Assembly (NCBI GenBank): GCA_965247095.1
Contig: OZ251997.1
Span: forward strand, 928,001 to 992,000
Source of the DNA: Candidatus Multivorans sp.
GTDB taxonomy: Bacteria > Acidobacteriota > Thermoanaerobaculia > Multivoradales > Multivoraceae
DNA length: 64,000 nucleotides
Reading direction: 5' to 3'
In this document: positions 47,224 through 57,665 of the stretch, in pieces
Layout: every line of letters begins with the position of its first letter
Numbering within the stretch: the stretch's first letter is position 1
The notes under the pieces: model-generated
Told to the model about the DNA's origin: nothing
Database searches by the model: none
Seen by the model: the letters and a program-made list of their open reading frames with translations, nothing else
Made by a program: the position numbers and the translations under genes

Positions 47224-48798
47224 ATGTCCTGGCAGCCCGAGGTCGACGAGATCGAACGCCGCCGGCGCCTGGCGCTGGCGATGGGCGGCGAGAAGGCGGT
47301 GGCGCGGCAGCACGAACGCGGCCGGCTGACCGTGCGCGAACGGATCGAGCGGGTCGCCGATCCGGGGTCCTTCATCGAGGAGGGCCGGCAGGCGGGGGCG
47401 GCCGAAGTGGACGGGGAAGGCCGCGTCGTCGCGTTCACGCCGGCGAACTACGTCGTCGGTTTTGCCGACGTGGATGGCCGGCGGTTGATCGTGGCGGGCG
47501 AGGACTTTACCCAGGCCGGGGGTTCGCCGTCGCCGGCCGGTCTGCGCAAGAGCGTCTACTCGGAGGAACTCGCGCTCAAGTACCGGTTGCCGCTGCTGCG
47601 GTTCCTCGAGGGCGGCGGCGGCAGCGTCCGCGGCAGCGGCGGTCGGGTCAAGGGGGCGCCGAAGAAGCCGCCGCGGCCGATGGGTGAGCCTGTCTATTCG
47701 CGGGCCCGTTTCTGGTCGATTGCCGAGATCCTGCGGACGGTGCCGGTGGCCTCGATCGGAGTCGGAGCGGTGGCGGGATTCCCCGCGGCGCGCCTCGTCG
47801 CGTCCCACTTCTCGGTGATGACGCGGCACACGGCGCAGATCCTGATCGGCGGCCCGGCGCTGGTCGAGCGGGCCCTGGGCGAGAAGAAGACGAAGGACGA
47901 GCTGGGCGGATGGCGGGTCCACAGCCGGAGCGGCGTCGTCGACAACGTGGCCGAGGACGAGGACGACGCGATGGAGCAGGTTCGCCGCTTCCTGAGCTAC
48001 CTGCCGCCGAACGTCGACTCGCTGCCGCCGCGTCGTTCCATCGGCGATCCGGCGGATCGGCGCGAGGAGCGACTGCTGTCCATCCTGCCGCGCGACCGCC
48101 GCTTCCTCTACGACATGCGCGAACTGATCTCCCTGGTCGTCGACCGGGACAGCTTCTTCGAGATGACCGCGGGCTACGGGCCGTCCCAGGTCACCGGTCT
48201 GGCGCGCGTCGACGGCTACACGGTCGGCGTGATCGCCAACGACTGCCGGCACATCGGCGGCGCGATGGACGCCGCCGGGGCGCAGAAGTTCCGGCGCTTC
48301 GTCGAGTTGTGCGAGACCTTCCACCTGCCGATCCTGAGCCTGGTCGACGAGCCCGGCTTCATGATCGGTTCGGAGTCGGAGGCATCCGGCACGATCCGCT
48401 ACGGCATGGAGGCGATCGCGGCGACCGTGCGGTCGACCGTGCCCTGGTGCGCTGTCCAGATCCGAAAGGCCTACGGCGTCGCCGCCGCGGCCCACTTCGG
48501 GCCGGGCGGCCGGGTGCTGATCTGGCCGTCGGCGGAGAGCGGCGCGCTGCCGATCGAGGGCGGGGTGGCGGTCGCCTTCCGGCGCGAGATCGCGGCGGCG
48601 CCGGACCCGGACAGGAAACGGGCCGAACTCGAGGCCGAGTTCGCCAAGCGCCGTACTCCCTTCCCGCGTGCCGAGGGGTTCTCGGTCCACGACCTGATCG
48701 ACCCACGGAGCACCCGCGCCGAAGTCGTCAAGTGGTTGAAACTGTCCGGGGCCCTACTCGCGGCCAGGGTGGCGGGGCGAAGCGGAGGAACGATTTGA
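47224..48798 (+). CDS. Acyl-CoA carboxylase carboxyltransferase subunit
   Basis: AMGG...VARQH..GRLTVRERI, DFT..GGS, IGGP.LV, LVDEPGFMIG, RKAYG and IDPRSTR motifs. Confidence 0.9.
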   Translation: MSWQPEVDEIERRRRLALAMGGEKAVARQHERGRLTVRERIERVADPGSFIEEGRQAGAAEVDGEGRVVAFTPANYVVGFADVDGRRLIVAGEDFTQAGGSPSPAGLRKSVYSEELALKYRLPLLRFLEGGGGSVRGSGGRVKGAPKKPPRPMGEPVYSRARFWSIAEILRTVPVASIGVGAVAGFPAARLVASHFSVMTRHTAQILIGGPALVERALGEKKTKDELGGWRVHSRSGVVDNVAEDEDDAMEQVRRFLSYLPPNVDSLPPRRSIGDPADRREERLLSILPRDRRFLYDMRELISLVVDRDSFFEMTAGYGPSQVTGLARVDGYTVGVIANDCRHIGGAMDAAGAQKFRRFVELCETFHLPILSLVDEPGFMIGSESEASGTIRYGMEAIAATVRSTVPWCAVQIRKAYGVAAAAHFGPGGRVLIWPSAESGALPIEGGVAVAFRREIAAAPDPDRKRAELEAEFAKRRTPFPRAEGFSVHDLIDPRSTRAEVVKWLKLSGALLAARVAGRSGGTI

Positions 48799-48845
48799 GT
48801 GGGCGGCGAGAAACGGAAACCGGATGCGGGCAGGATGCCCGCGTG

Positions 48846-48915
48846 CCATCCGTGCGCCCGATGACGGGCGCACGGAGTGGTTCGCGTGTGGCGCGGGTCG
48901 CGCCACACGGGTTCC
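48846..48915 (+). repeat. Two-hairpin ~70 bp repeat, copy B (intergenic)
   Basis: CCATCCGTGCGCCCG-ATGA-CGGGCGCACGGA-GTGGTTCG-CGTGTGGCGCG-GGT-CGCGCCACACG-GGTTCC; both stems are perfect (12 and 11 bp). Confidence 0.88.
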
Positions 48916-48952
48916 CAGGCCGGATGTGGGCGCAGCGCCCGAGGAGAGATAG

Positions 48953-49777
48953 ATGTCGATGAAGAGAAGGTACTGTTTTCTGGCAGCAGGCCCGCTGGCC
49001 GCGGGCCTGCTGCTGACAGCGGCCGCCGCCGCCCAGCAGCAGCCGGTCGGCTACGACGACACGCCCGAGCTGCCGGGATTGCCCTGGAAGGTGCACGACC
49101 CGAACCGGCCGCTGCCCCCGGTGGTTGCGCCCGGCGCCTCGTTCAGCGACATGGCGGCCGCCCCGGCCGACGCGGTCGTGCTGTTCGACGGCACGGACCT
49201 CTCCAAGTGGCAGAAGGCGGGCGGGGGAGATGCCGAGTGGAAGGTCGAGAACGGGTACATGGAGGTCACTTCCACGGGGTCGATCCGCACCCGGGACGAG
49301 TTCGGCGACTTCCAGCTCCACCTGGAGTTCGCGACGCCAGGCCAGGTCGAGAGCAACAGCCAGGGCCGCGGCAACAGCGGCGTGATGATCTACGGCGACT
49401 ACGAGGTCCAGATCCTCGACTCGTACGAGAACCGGACCTACGCCGACGGCCAGGCGGGCGCGATCTACGGCCAGACGCCGCCGATGGTGAACGCGGCGCG
49501 TCCTCCCGGCGCCTGGCAGACCTACGACATCATCTTCGAGGCGCCGCGCTGGGAGAACGGCGAGGTGACCAAGAAGGCCCACGTCACCGTGATCCACAAC
49601 GGGGTCGTGATCCACCACCGCAAGGAGTACATCGGCCGCACGATCCACCGCCGGGTCGGCGTCTACGACCGTCCCCACGAGCCGCGCGGCTGGATCGGCC
49701 TTCAGGACCACCGGAACCCGACCCGCTTCCGCAACATCTGGATTCGCGAGCTTCCCGGCTATGACCGGGGCGGCTGA
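48953..49777 (+). CDS. DUF1080 (3-keto-disaccharide hydrolase family) secreted protein
   Basis: LFDGTDLS.W, FGDFQLHLEF, GNSG, YEVQILDS, WQTYDI and LQDH....FRNIWIR motifs. Confidence 0.9.
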   Translation: MSMKRRYCFLAAGPLAAGLLLTAAAAAQQQPVGYDDTPELPGLPWKVHDPNRPLPPVVAPGASFSDMAAAPADAVVLFDGTDLSKWQKAGGGDAEWKVENGYMEVTSTGSIRTRDEFGDFQLHLEFATPGQVESNSQGRGNSGVMIYGDYEVQILDSYENRTYADGQAGAIYGQTPPMVNAARPPGAWQTYDIIFEAPRWENGEVTKKAHVTVIHNGVVIHHRKEYIGRTIHRRVGVYDRPHEPRGWIGLQDHRNPTRFRNIWIRELPGYDRGG

Positions 49778-49791
49778 GGCCGGCTTCTTCC

Positions 49792-50964
49792 TTGAAGATC
49801 TCCCTCTTCTACCTGCCCTCGATCGGCTCACGGGCCGACATCGAGCAGGGGATGGCCGGCCTGCGCGGCGATCTCTACGACCGGATGCTGGCCGAGGTCT
49901 CGGAGCAGGCCCGCCTCGCCGACGATCTCGGCTACGACTCGATCAGCTTCACCGAACACCACTTCCACATCGAGGGCTTCGAACTTTCGAACAACCCGGT
50001 GCTGCTCGACCTGTTCATCGGCATGCAGACGAAGAACATCCGGGTCGGGCAGTTGGGGATCGTGCTGCCGTCGCGCAACCCGATCCGGGTCGCCGAGGAC
50101 ATCGCGATGCTCGATCGGATGACCGGCGGCCGCGCCAACGCGGGCTTCGCGCGCGGCTACCAGCGGCGCTGGGTCGACGTGATGGCGCAGCAGACGCACG
50201 GGATCTCCGGCGCTCTCCCGCATCAGCGGGACGAGATCGACCGCACCAACCGGGCGGCGTTCGAGGAGTGCTTCCGGATCGTCAAGAAGGCGTGGACCGA
50301 GCCGATGCTCGACTACGACGGGCGGTTCTGGAAGATCCCGGTGGGCGGTCCCGAGGGCGGCACGCCGTGGACGCTCGAGGCCACCGAGCAGTGGGGCGCC
50401 GGGGTGGAGGACGGCGTGCTGCGCCAGGTCGGCGTGGTGCCGAAGCCGGTGCAGAAGCCGCATCCGCCGATCTTCCAGCCGTTCGCCGCGTCCGAGGAGA
50501 GCATCCGATGGTGCGCCAGGGAGGGGGTTACTGCGATTCTGCCGCCGCTCCACCCGAAGCGGGAGCAGGCCCTGTTCGAGCTCTTCGCCAGCGAGTCGGG
50601 ACGGCCTCTCGGCGACGGCATCGGCGTCCTGCGGGACGTGGTCATCGCCGACACGGACGAGGAAGCGGAGCGTCTGTGGAGGTCGAGCGGCGCCTTCTGC
50701 GGCTCCGCCTGGTTCGAGCCCTTCGGGTTCAGCCGCGGCATGCTGGACCCGGATACCGGGGAGGAGTTCGAGGACTTCCTTGGCGCCGGCATGGCGCTCG
50801 TCGGCACCGTCGACACGGTGACGCGGCAGCTCGAGGCCCTGTGCGAGCGCCTGCCCGTGACCTGGCTCTACTTCTGGGCCTACAACGGCCTGCTGCCGCA
50901 CGCGCGGCTGATGACGACGATCGACCGGTTTGCGACCGAGGTGCTGCCGCGGGTCGACGCCTGA
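49792..50964 (+). CDS. LLM-class flavin-dependent oxidoreductase
   Basis: ADDLGYD....EHHF, NPIRVAEDIAMLD.MTGGR...GFARGY and PKPVQKPHPP motifs. Confidence 0.9.
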   Translation: MKISLFYLPSIGSRADIEQGMAGLRGDLYDRMLAEVSEQARLADDLGYDSISFTEHHFHIEGFELSNNPVLLDLFIGMQTKNIRVGQLGIVLPSRNPIRVAEDIAMLDRMTGGRANAGFARGYQRRWVDVMAQQTHGISGALPHQRDEIDRTNRAAFEECFRIVKKAWTEPMLDYDGRFWKIPVGGPEGGTPWTLEATEQWGAGVEDGVLRQVGVVPKPVQKPHPPIFQPFAASEESIRWCAREGVTAILPPLHPKREQALFELFASESGRPLGDGIGVLRDVVIADTDEEAERLWRSSGAFCGSAWFEPFGFSRGMLDPDTGEEFEDFLGAGMALVGTVDTVTRQLEALCERLPVTWLYFWAYNGLLPHARLMTTIDRFATEVLPRVDA

Positions 50965-50971
50965 CGGGCCG

Positions 50972-53407
<2,436 letters not shown>

Positions 53408-53542
53408 GGAAGCGATGGCTGGTTTCCTCCCGGTCGCTCAGTGGCCGGACGGCGACCAGTGGACCGCGTTTTCGAGTTTCCACACAAGATGCGAGGCTGG
53501 TCGGCGGCTCGGAGACTCGTCATGGTCAGGTTCGGCGGTCCA

Positions 53543-53926
53543 CTAGTTGATGTCGTCATTGCCCGGACTGTCTCCGTCACCGGAGTCCTTGCCGTCGCCG
53601 TCATCGGGCTCGAGGGTGCACAGCAGCGGCATTTCCGCCTGCTGGGCCAGACTGTCGACTTCGGCGACCTTGGTCTCGGCGATGGAGAAGGGGTAGAGCC
53701 CGGCCACGCCGACGCCGTTCTTGTGGACGTAGAGCATCAGGCGCGAGCCGTCCGATTCGGTCATGTGGAAGACGTGCTGCAGGACCATGACGACGAACTC
53801 GCGCGGCGTGAAGTCGTCGTTGTGGAGAAGTACCTTGTACAGCCGGGGCCGGGCCAGGCGGGTTCGGGTCTTCGTCCTCGTGAGGACCTTGTTGTCCCCG
53901 TGCGCATCGTCTTCGAAGTGCGGCAT
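53543..53926 (-). CDS. clpS: Clp protease adaptor ClpS
   Basis: PRLYKVLLHNDDFTP.EFVV.VL, ML.VH..G and IAETKV motifs. Confidence 0.95.
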   Translation of the reverse strand: MPHFEDDAHGDNKVLTRTKTRTRLARPRLYKVLLHNDDFTPREFVVMVLQHVFHMTESDGSRLMLYVHKNGVGVAGLYPFSIAETKVAEVDSLAQQAEMPLLCTLEPDDGDGKDSGDGDSPGNDDIN

Positions 53927-53971
53927 GACAGCCAGACTATAGGTTCCCGCACAGGGCCGCGCGCAGCGCGG

Positions 53972-55171
53972 TCAGCCGAGCTGGGGCCGGTTGCGACGCC
54001 AGGCCTCGATGCCCTGCAGGTGGCGGGCCGCGTCCTGCTCCAGGGCGGCGGCCAGCAGTGAGTTGAGCTTCTCGTCCATGAACAGGTGGGAACTGTAGAC
54101 CGGCGCGGGCTCGAAGCCCCGGCTGATCTTGTGCTCGCCGCCGGCGCCGCCTTCGAAGACCTGGACGCCGCGTTCGATGCACTCGTCGATCGAGTGGTAG
54201 AGGCAGACGTTGAAGTGCAGGAAACGGTGCTCCTCGTGACAACCCCAGTAACGGCCGTAGAGGTGGGTTTCGGAGCGTAGATTGATCGCGCCGGCGATGA
54301 CACGGTCTGCCCGTTCGGCGATGACCAGCTCGATTTCGCCGTCCAGTCGAGCGAAGAGATCGTGGAACAACGCGCGGTTCAGGTAGCGGCCGCCCCACAT
54401 GTACCTGTCACAGGTCGTACCGTAGAGGTCGAAGGCGGTATCCGCCCAGCGCGCCGGATCGGCGGCGATCTCCTCGCCCCTCACGGTGCGGATGTCGATC
54501 CCCTGGCGGGCTGGTTCGCGTCGCTCACGGCGACATTGCGTGCGGCGCTTCGAACGAAGCCTGACCAGCCAGTCCTCTGACGTCCGGTAGTCGTAGTTGC
54601 GCCAGTGATACTGGACCATGACGCGCTGGGCAAGTCCGGCGCCGGCGAGAGCGTCGACCTCCGTCGCGCTGTGGTAGAGGACGTGAACGGAGGCGATCCC
54701 GACCTCGCGGGCGGTGTGGGCGGCAAGCTGGACCAACATTCGCGCGGCGAGCGCCGGATCGATGCTGTTCGAAGCCAGGATACGGCGCCCGGTAACAGGA
54801 GAGAATGGCACGCCGACCACGAGCTTCGGGTAGAAGCGGCCGCCGGCGGCGCGGACCGCGTCACCGAAAGCCCAGTCGCGGGAGAAGTCGCCCATGCCGT
54901 CATTCTTGATGTAGGCGGGAGCGGCAGCGAGAAGGGTGTCCTCCGAGGTCCAGGCGGTCAGGTGAAACGGAAGCCAACCCCGCTCGCCGGCCGCACAGCC
55001 CGTGCGCTCAAGCGCCTCCAGAAAGGTCCAGGACAGGAAGGGCCGGTCGCCCGCCTTGAGCAGGCCGTCCCAGCTCGGTTGGGGGATGTCCGCCATCGAC
55101 TGGACGATGCGCAACTCAATGGTCCGATCGGCGCCTTCCGGGCGCTGAGTGGCCGTTGAGTCGTCCATCAA
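53972..55171 (-). CDS. FemAB-related GNAT-family protein (DUF482)
   Basis: PFL...FL.ALE.TGC, YPKLVVGVPFSPVTG.R, LYGRYWG, LHFNVCLY and EGGAGGEHKISRGF motifs. Confidence 0.9.
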   Translation of the reverse strand: MMDDSTATQRPEGADRTIELRIVQSMADIPQPSWDGLLKAGDRPFLSWTFLEALERTGCAAGERGWLPFHLTAWTSEDTLLAAAPAYIKNDGMGDFSRDWAFGDAVRAAGGRFYPKLVVGVPFSPVTGRRILASNSIDPALAARMLVQLAAHTAREVGIASVHVLYHSATEVDALAGAGLAQRVMVQYHWRNYDYRTSEDWLVRLRSKRRTQCRRERREPARQGIDIRTVRGEEIAADPARWADTAFDLYGTTCDRYMWGGRYLNRALFHDLFARLDGEIELVIAERADRVIAGAINLRSETHLYGRYWGCHEEHRFLHFNVCLYHSIDECIERGVQVFEGGAGGEHKISRGFEPAPVYSSHLFMDEKLNSLLAAALEQDAARHLQGIEAWRRNRPQLG

Positions 55172-55227
55172 CCGTCAGTTTGGCATGTCCGGCGGTCCCC
55201 TCGGCCGTTCCCGGCCCAAGCCGGCCG

Positions 55228-56332
55228 TCAGGAGTCCGGTGTCGCCTTGGCCGACGCGCCGGGTATCAACCGTTTCCGATACTCGGAAGGACTGTAGCCG
55301 ACGGTGGCGCGAAACACACGCCGGAAGCTCCGGTCGCATTGGAACCCCACCGCGCGTGCGACCCGCGCCACGGGAACGTCGGACTCCCGGAGCATCAGGC
55401 AGCCGCGCTCGACCCGGTGGCGGGCCAGCCAGGAGCGAAAAGTCATTCCCACACGCTGCCGGAAGTAGCGTCCGAAGCTCGAAGGCGCCAATGCGGCAAT
55501 GGCGGCGACTGAGTCGAGGGTCAGCGCCTCGCCGATGTGCTCGTCGACATGGCGGCGAACGCGTGCCAGGCGCTCGAAGTAGTGAAACGGGTCGTACGGA
55601 CCATCGGGCGACGCCGAAGAGTCCCCATAGGTCGTGCTCGGGCTCACTCCAGAACCGATCGGGCGGAGGTCGACGTAAGCGGCGCCGTAGCACTCCATCG
55701 ACACTCTCGGAACGACCTTCACGCAGCGGTTCCAGCCGGGCGCCCACTCCGCGAACGTCTGGTACTCGCTGTTCTCCCCGCTGGGGTCGACGTGAGCCGG
55801 CAGATCGGTGAGAAAGGCCTCGTCGAACTTGCGGCCCACCAGGCGCGCTGGGAGTTGCGCCTTTTCAACGGCGTACACCCAAGCTGAGAGGCCGGCAGCG
55901 AACATCGCCTTCACGTGCCTCCTCGGATCCCGTCCCGCGAGTGGAAAGGCCGCCTTCAGGCCGGTACCGGCTAGCAGAACGGACGGGCGGTCTTCGAATC
56001 GCGGTACGAGGTCGCCAAAGGCAACCGCCTCTGCTCCGCGGCGGCGAAGGTCCCGGAAGGCGCTCTCCAGATCCGAGTCGCAGACGCTGAAGGACCGTCC
56101 GCGGGCAGCGCACTCGACCACCAGCAGGGGCAGGCCGGCTGCCGCTGCCTGTTCCTCCAGCAGTTCCTGCGTACCCCGTGGCCGGCGCCTCGTCCGTCGA
56201 AGCGGCTGACCGCCGCAATCAGCCCGACAACATCCCAGGAGGGTCGGATCGGAGCTCGTACAGAGCCCACGCCGCGTCCTTGTTTGCCGTCCACCACACC
56301 CACGTAGTGGTGCCCTGCCGGCGTCTCGTCAT
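55228..56332 (-). pseudogene. Dph6/MJ0570-like domain-AraC HTH fusion, paralog 2, with two 1-nt deletions in its 5' part
   Basis: Three frames join to match paralog 1: TWVWWTANKDAAWALYELRSD / SWDVVGLIAAVSRFDGRGAGHGVR / ELLEEQAAAAGLPLL...AFGDL...DPSGENSEYQTF...AraC HTH. Shifts fall near 56242 and 56167. Confidence 0.8.
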
Positions 56333-56363
56333 TGCCGGTGTCTCTCCCATTTCCTCGGGGCGC

Positions 56364-57584
56364 CTACCCAGCCATTGTGAACGGCTTGGACGGGCGCGCT
56401 ATTCCTTCCGGGTGTCGCGCCGCCGGTCCTGTTCGGGTCGATTGGGCGGGTGGTCCGACGTGAGCCTCAGTCGTCCAGGAGGCCCGTTTCCCGGCCGGCA
56501 CGGCAGTCGCGAGGTACCGCGTTCTGTACTGCGAAGGGCAGCAGCCCGATCGCGCACGGAAGACGCGTCGGAACGTTCTGCTGCACGAAAAACCAGCGGT
56601 CCGACCGACCGCGGCCACCGTCATGTCGCACCGGCGCAGGAGCAGGCGGGCGTGGGCTACACGATGGCTAACCAGCCACTGCCGAAACGACATCCCCACG
56701 TGCTGATGGAAGTAGCGCCTGAAGCTGGACGGGGTCATCGCCGCCGCCGAGGCAAGGGACTCGAGCCTCAGCTCGTCGGACAGGTGCGCGTCGACGTAGC
56801 GAATCACCCGACAGAGGCGGGCGTCGCACTCGAACGGATCGCGTTCTTCCCTGGCCAACGAATGGAAACGGTCTTCGCTGACCCGCACACCGGCTGGTGC
56901 GACCTCCAGGTCGGCAAGAGTCAGGGGACCGCGTTCGATCAGGCGGCTGGGCTTCACCGACACGCGGCGGTCCCATCCGGGCGCCCACTCCACGAAGGTG
57001 TGGAACTCGTCGCTGTCCCCGCTGGGCGCCACGTGGTCCGGCAGAGCGGCGAGAAAGCGGCTATCGAAGGTGGCGCCCGCCAGATCGGATCGGACTTCGG
57101 CCGTCGCCACCGCACAGACCCAGGCCGACAGGCCCGCCGACAGGAGCTCGTCGGCGTGTCTCCGCGAGTTGCGCCCCCAGAGGGGGAATGTGGGTCTCAG
57201 TCCGGTCCCTTCAAGGAGGAGAGACCGTCCTATTCGTTTACGTGGGCAGGACAGGTCGCCGAAGGCGACGAAGTCGGTTCCATCCCGTGCGAAGCGGCCG
57301 AGAACGTCCTGAACGGCGGACTCGTAGGCGCCGGATGGCGTCTCCCCTTCACATTCGATGGTGAGGAGGGGCAGGCCGACGGCCGTTGCCTGCTCTTCGA
57401 TGAGCTCTCTTCTGACGCCATGCACCACATGGCGGCCGCAGGACCGGCCCACGACCGTGATCAGTCCGCGGACCTCCCAGTGGGAACTCGACTGCAGCAG
57501 TTTCAGGGCCCAGGCAGCGTCCTTGTCGCCGGTCCACCAGAGCCAGGTCCGCCGGAAGCTCTCAAAAGAGGCACGCCTGACCAT
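56364..57584 (-). CDS. Dph6/MJ0570-like adenine-nucleotide alpha-hydrolase domain fused to AraC-family HTH, paralog 1 (intact)
   Basis: AGGAGG RBS. N-domain: WWTGDKDAAWAL, HGVRRELIEEQA..VGLPL, AFGDL, FPLWG, EFHTFV. C-domain: YVDAHLSDELRLESLA..A.M..SSFRRYF..HVG...GF.....F.RVF...G..PSQYR. Confidence 0.88.
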   Translation of the reverse strand: MVRRASFESFRRTWLWWTGDKDAAWALKLLQSSSHWEVRGLITVVGRSCGRHVVHGVRRELIEEQATAVGLPLLTIECEGETPSGAYESAVQDVLGRFARDGTDFVAFGDLSCPRKRIGRSLLLEGTGLRPTFPLWGRNSRRHADELLSAGLSAWVCAVATAEVRSDLAGATFDSRFLAALPDHVAPSGDSDEFHTFVEWAPGWDRRVSVKPSRLIERGPLTLADLEVAPAGVRVSEDRFHSLAREERDPFECDARLCRVIRYVDAHLSDELRLESLASAAAMTPSSFRRYFHQHVGMSFRQWLVSHRVAHARLLLRRCDMTVAAVGRTAGFSCSRTFRRVFRARSGCCPSQYRTRYLATAVPAGKRASWTTEAHVGPPAQSTRTGPAARHPEGIARPSKPFTMAG

Positions 57585-57665
57585 AACGATCCTCCTGCGC
57601 TCAACGAGCCGGAGTTAGGGGCGTTTCGCTACCCGCTTGGCGGGTGGCTTCTGTACGGTACTAGA

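Noticed and set aside
56160-56250. Programmed ribosomal frameshifting in fusion paralog 2
   Set aside because: Two successive shifts would be needed and no slippery heptamer is present.
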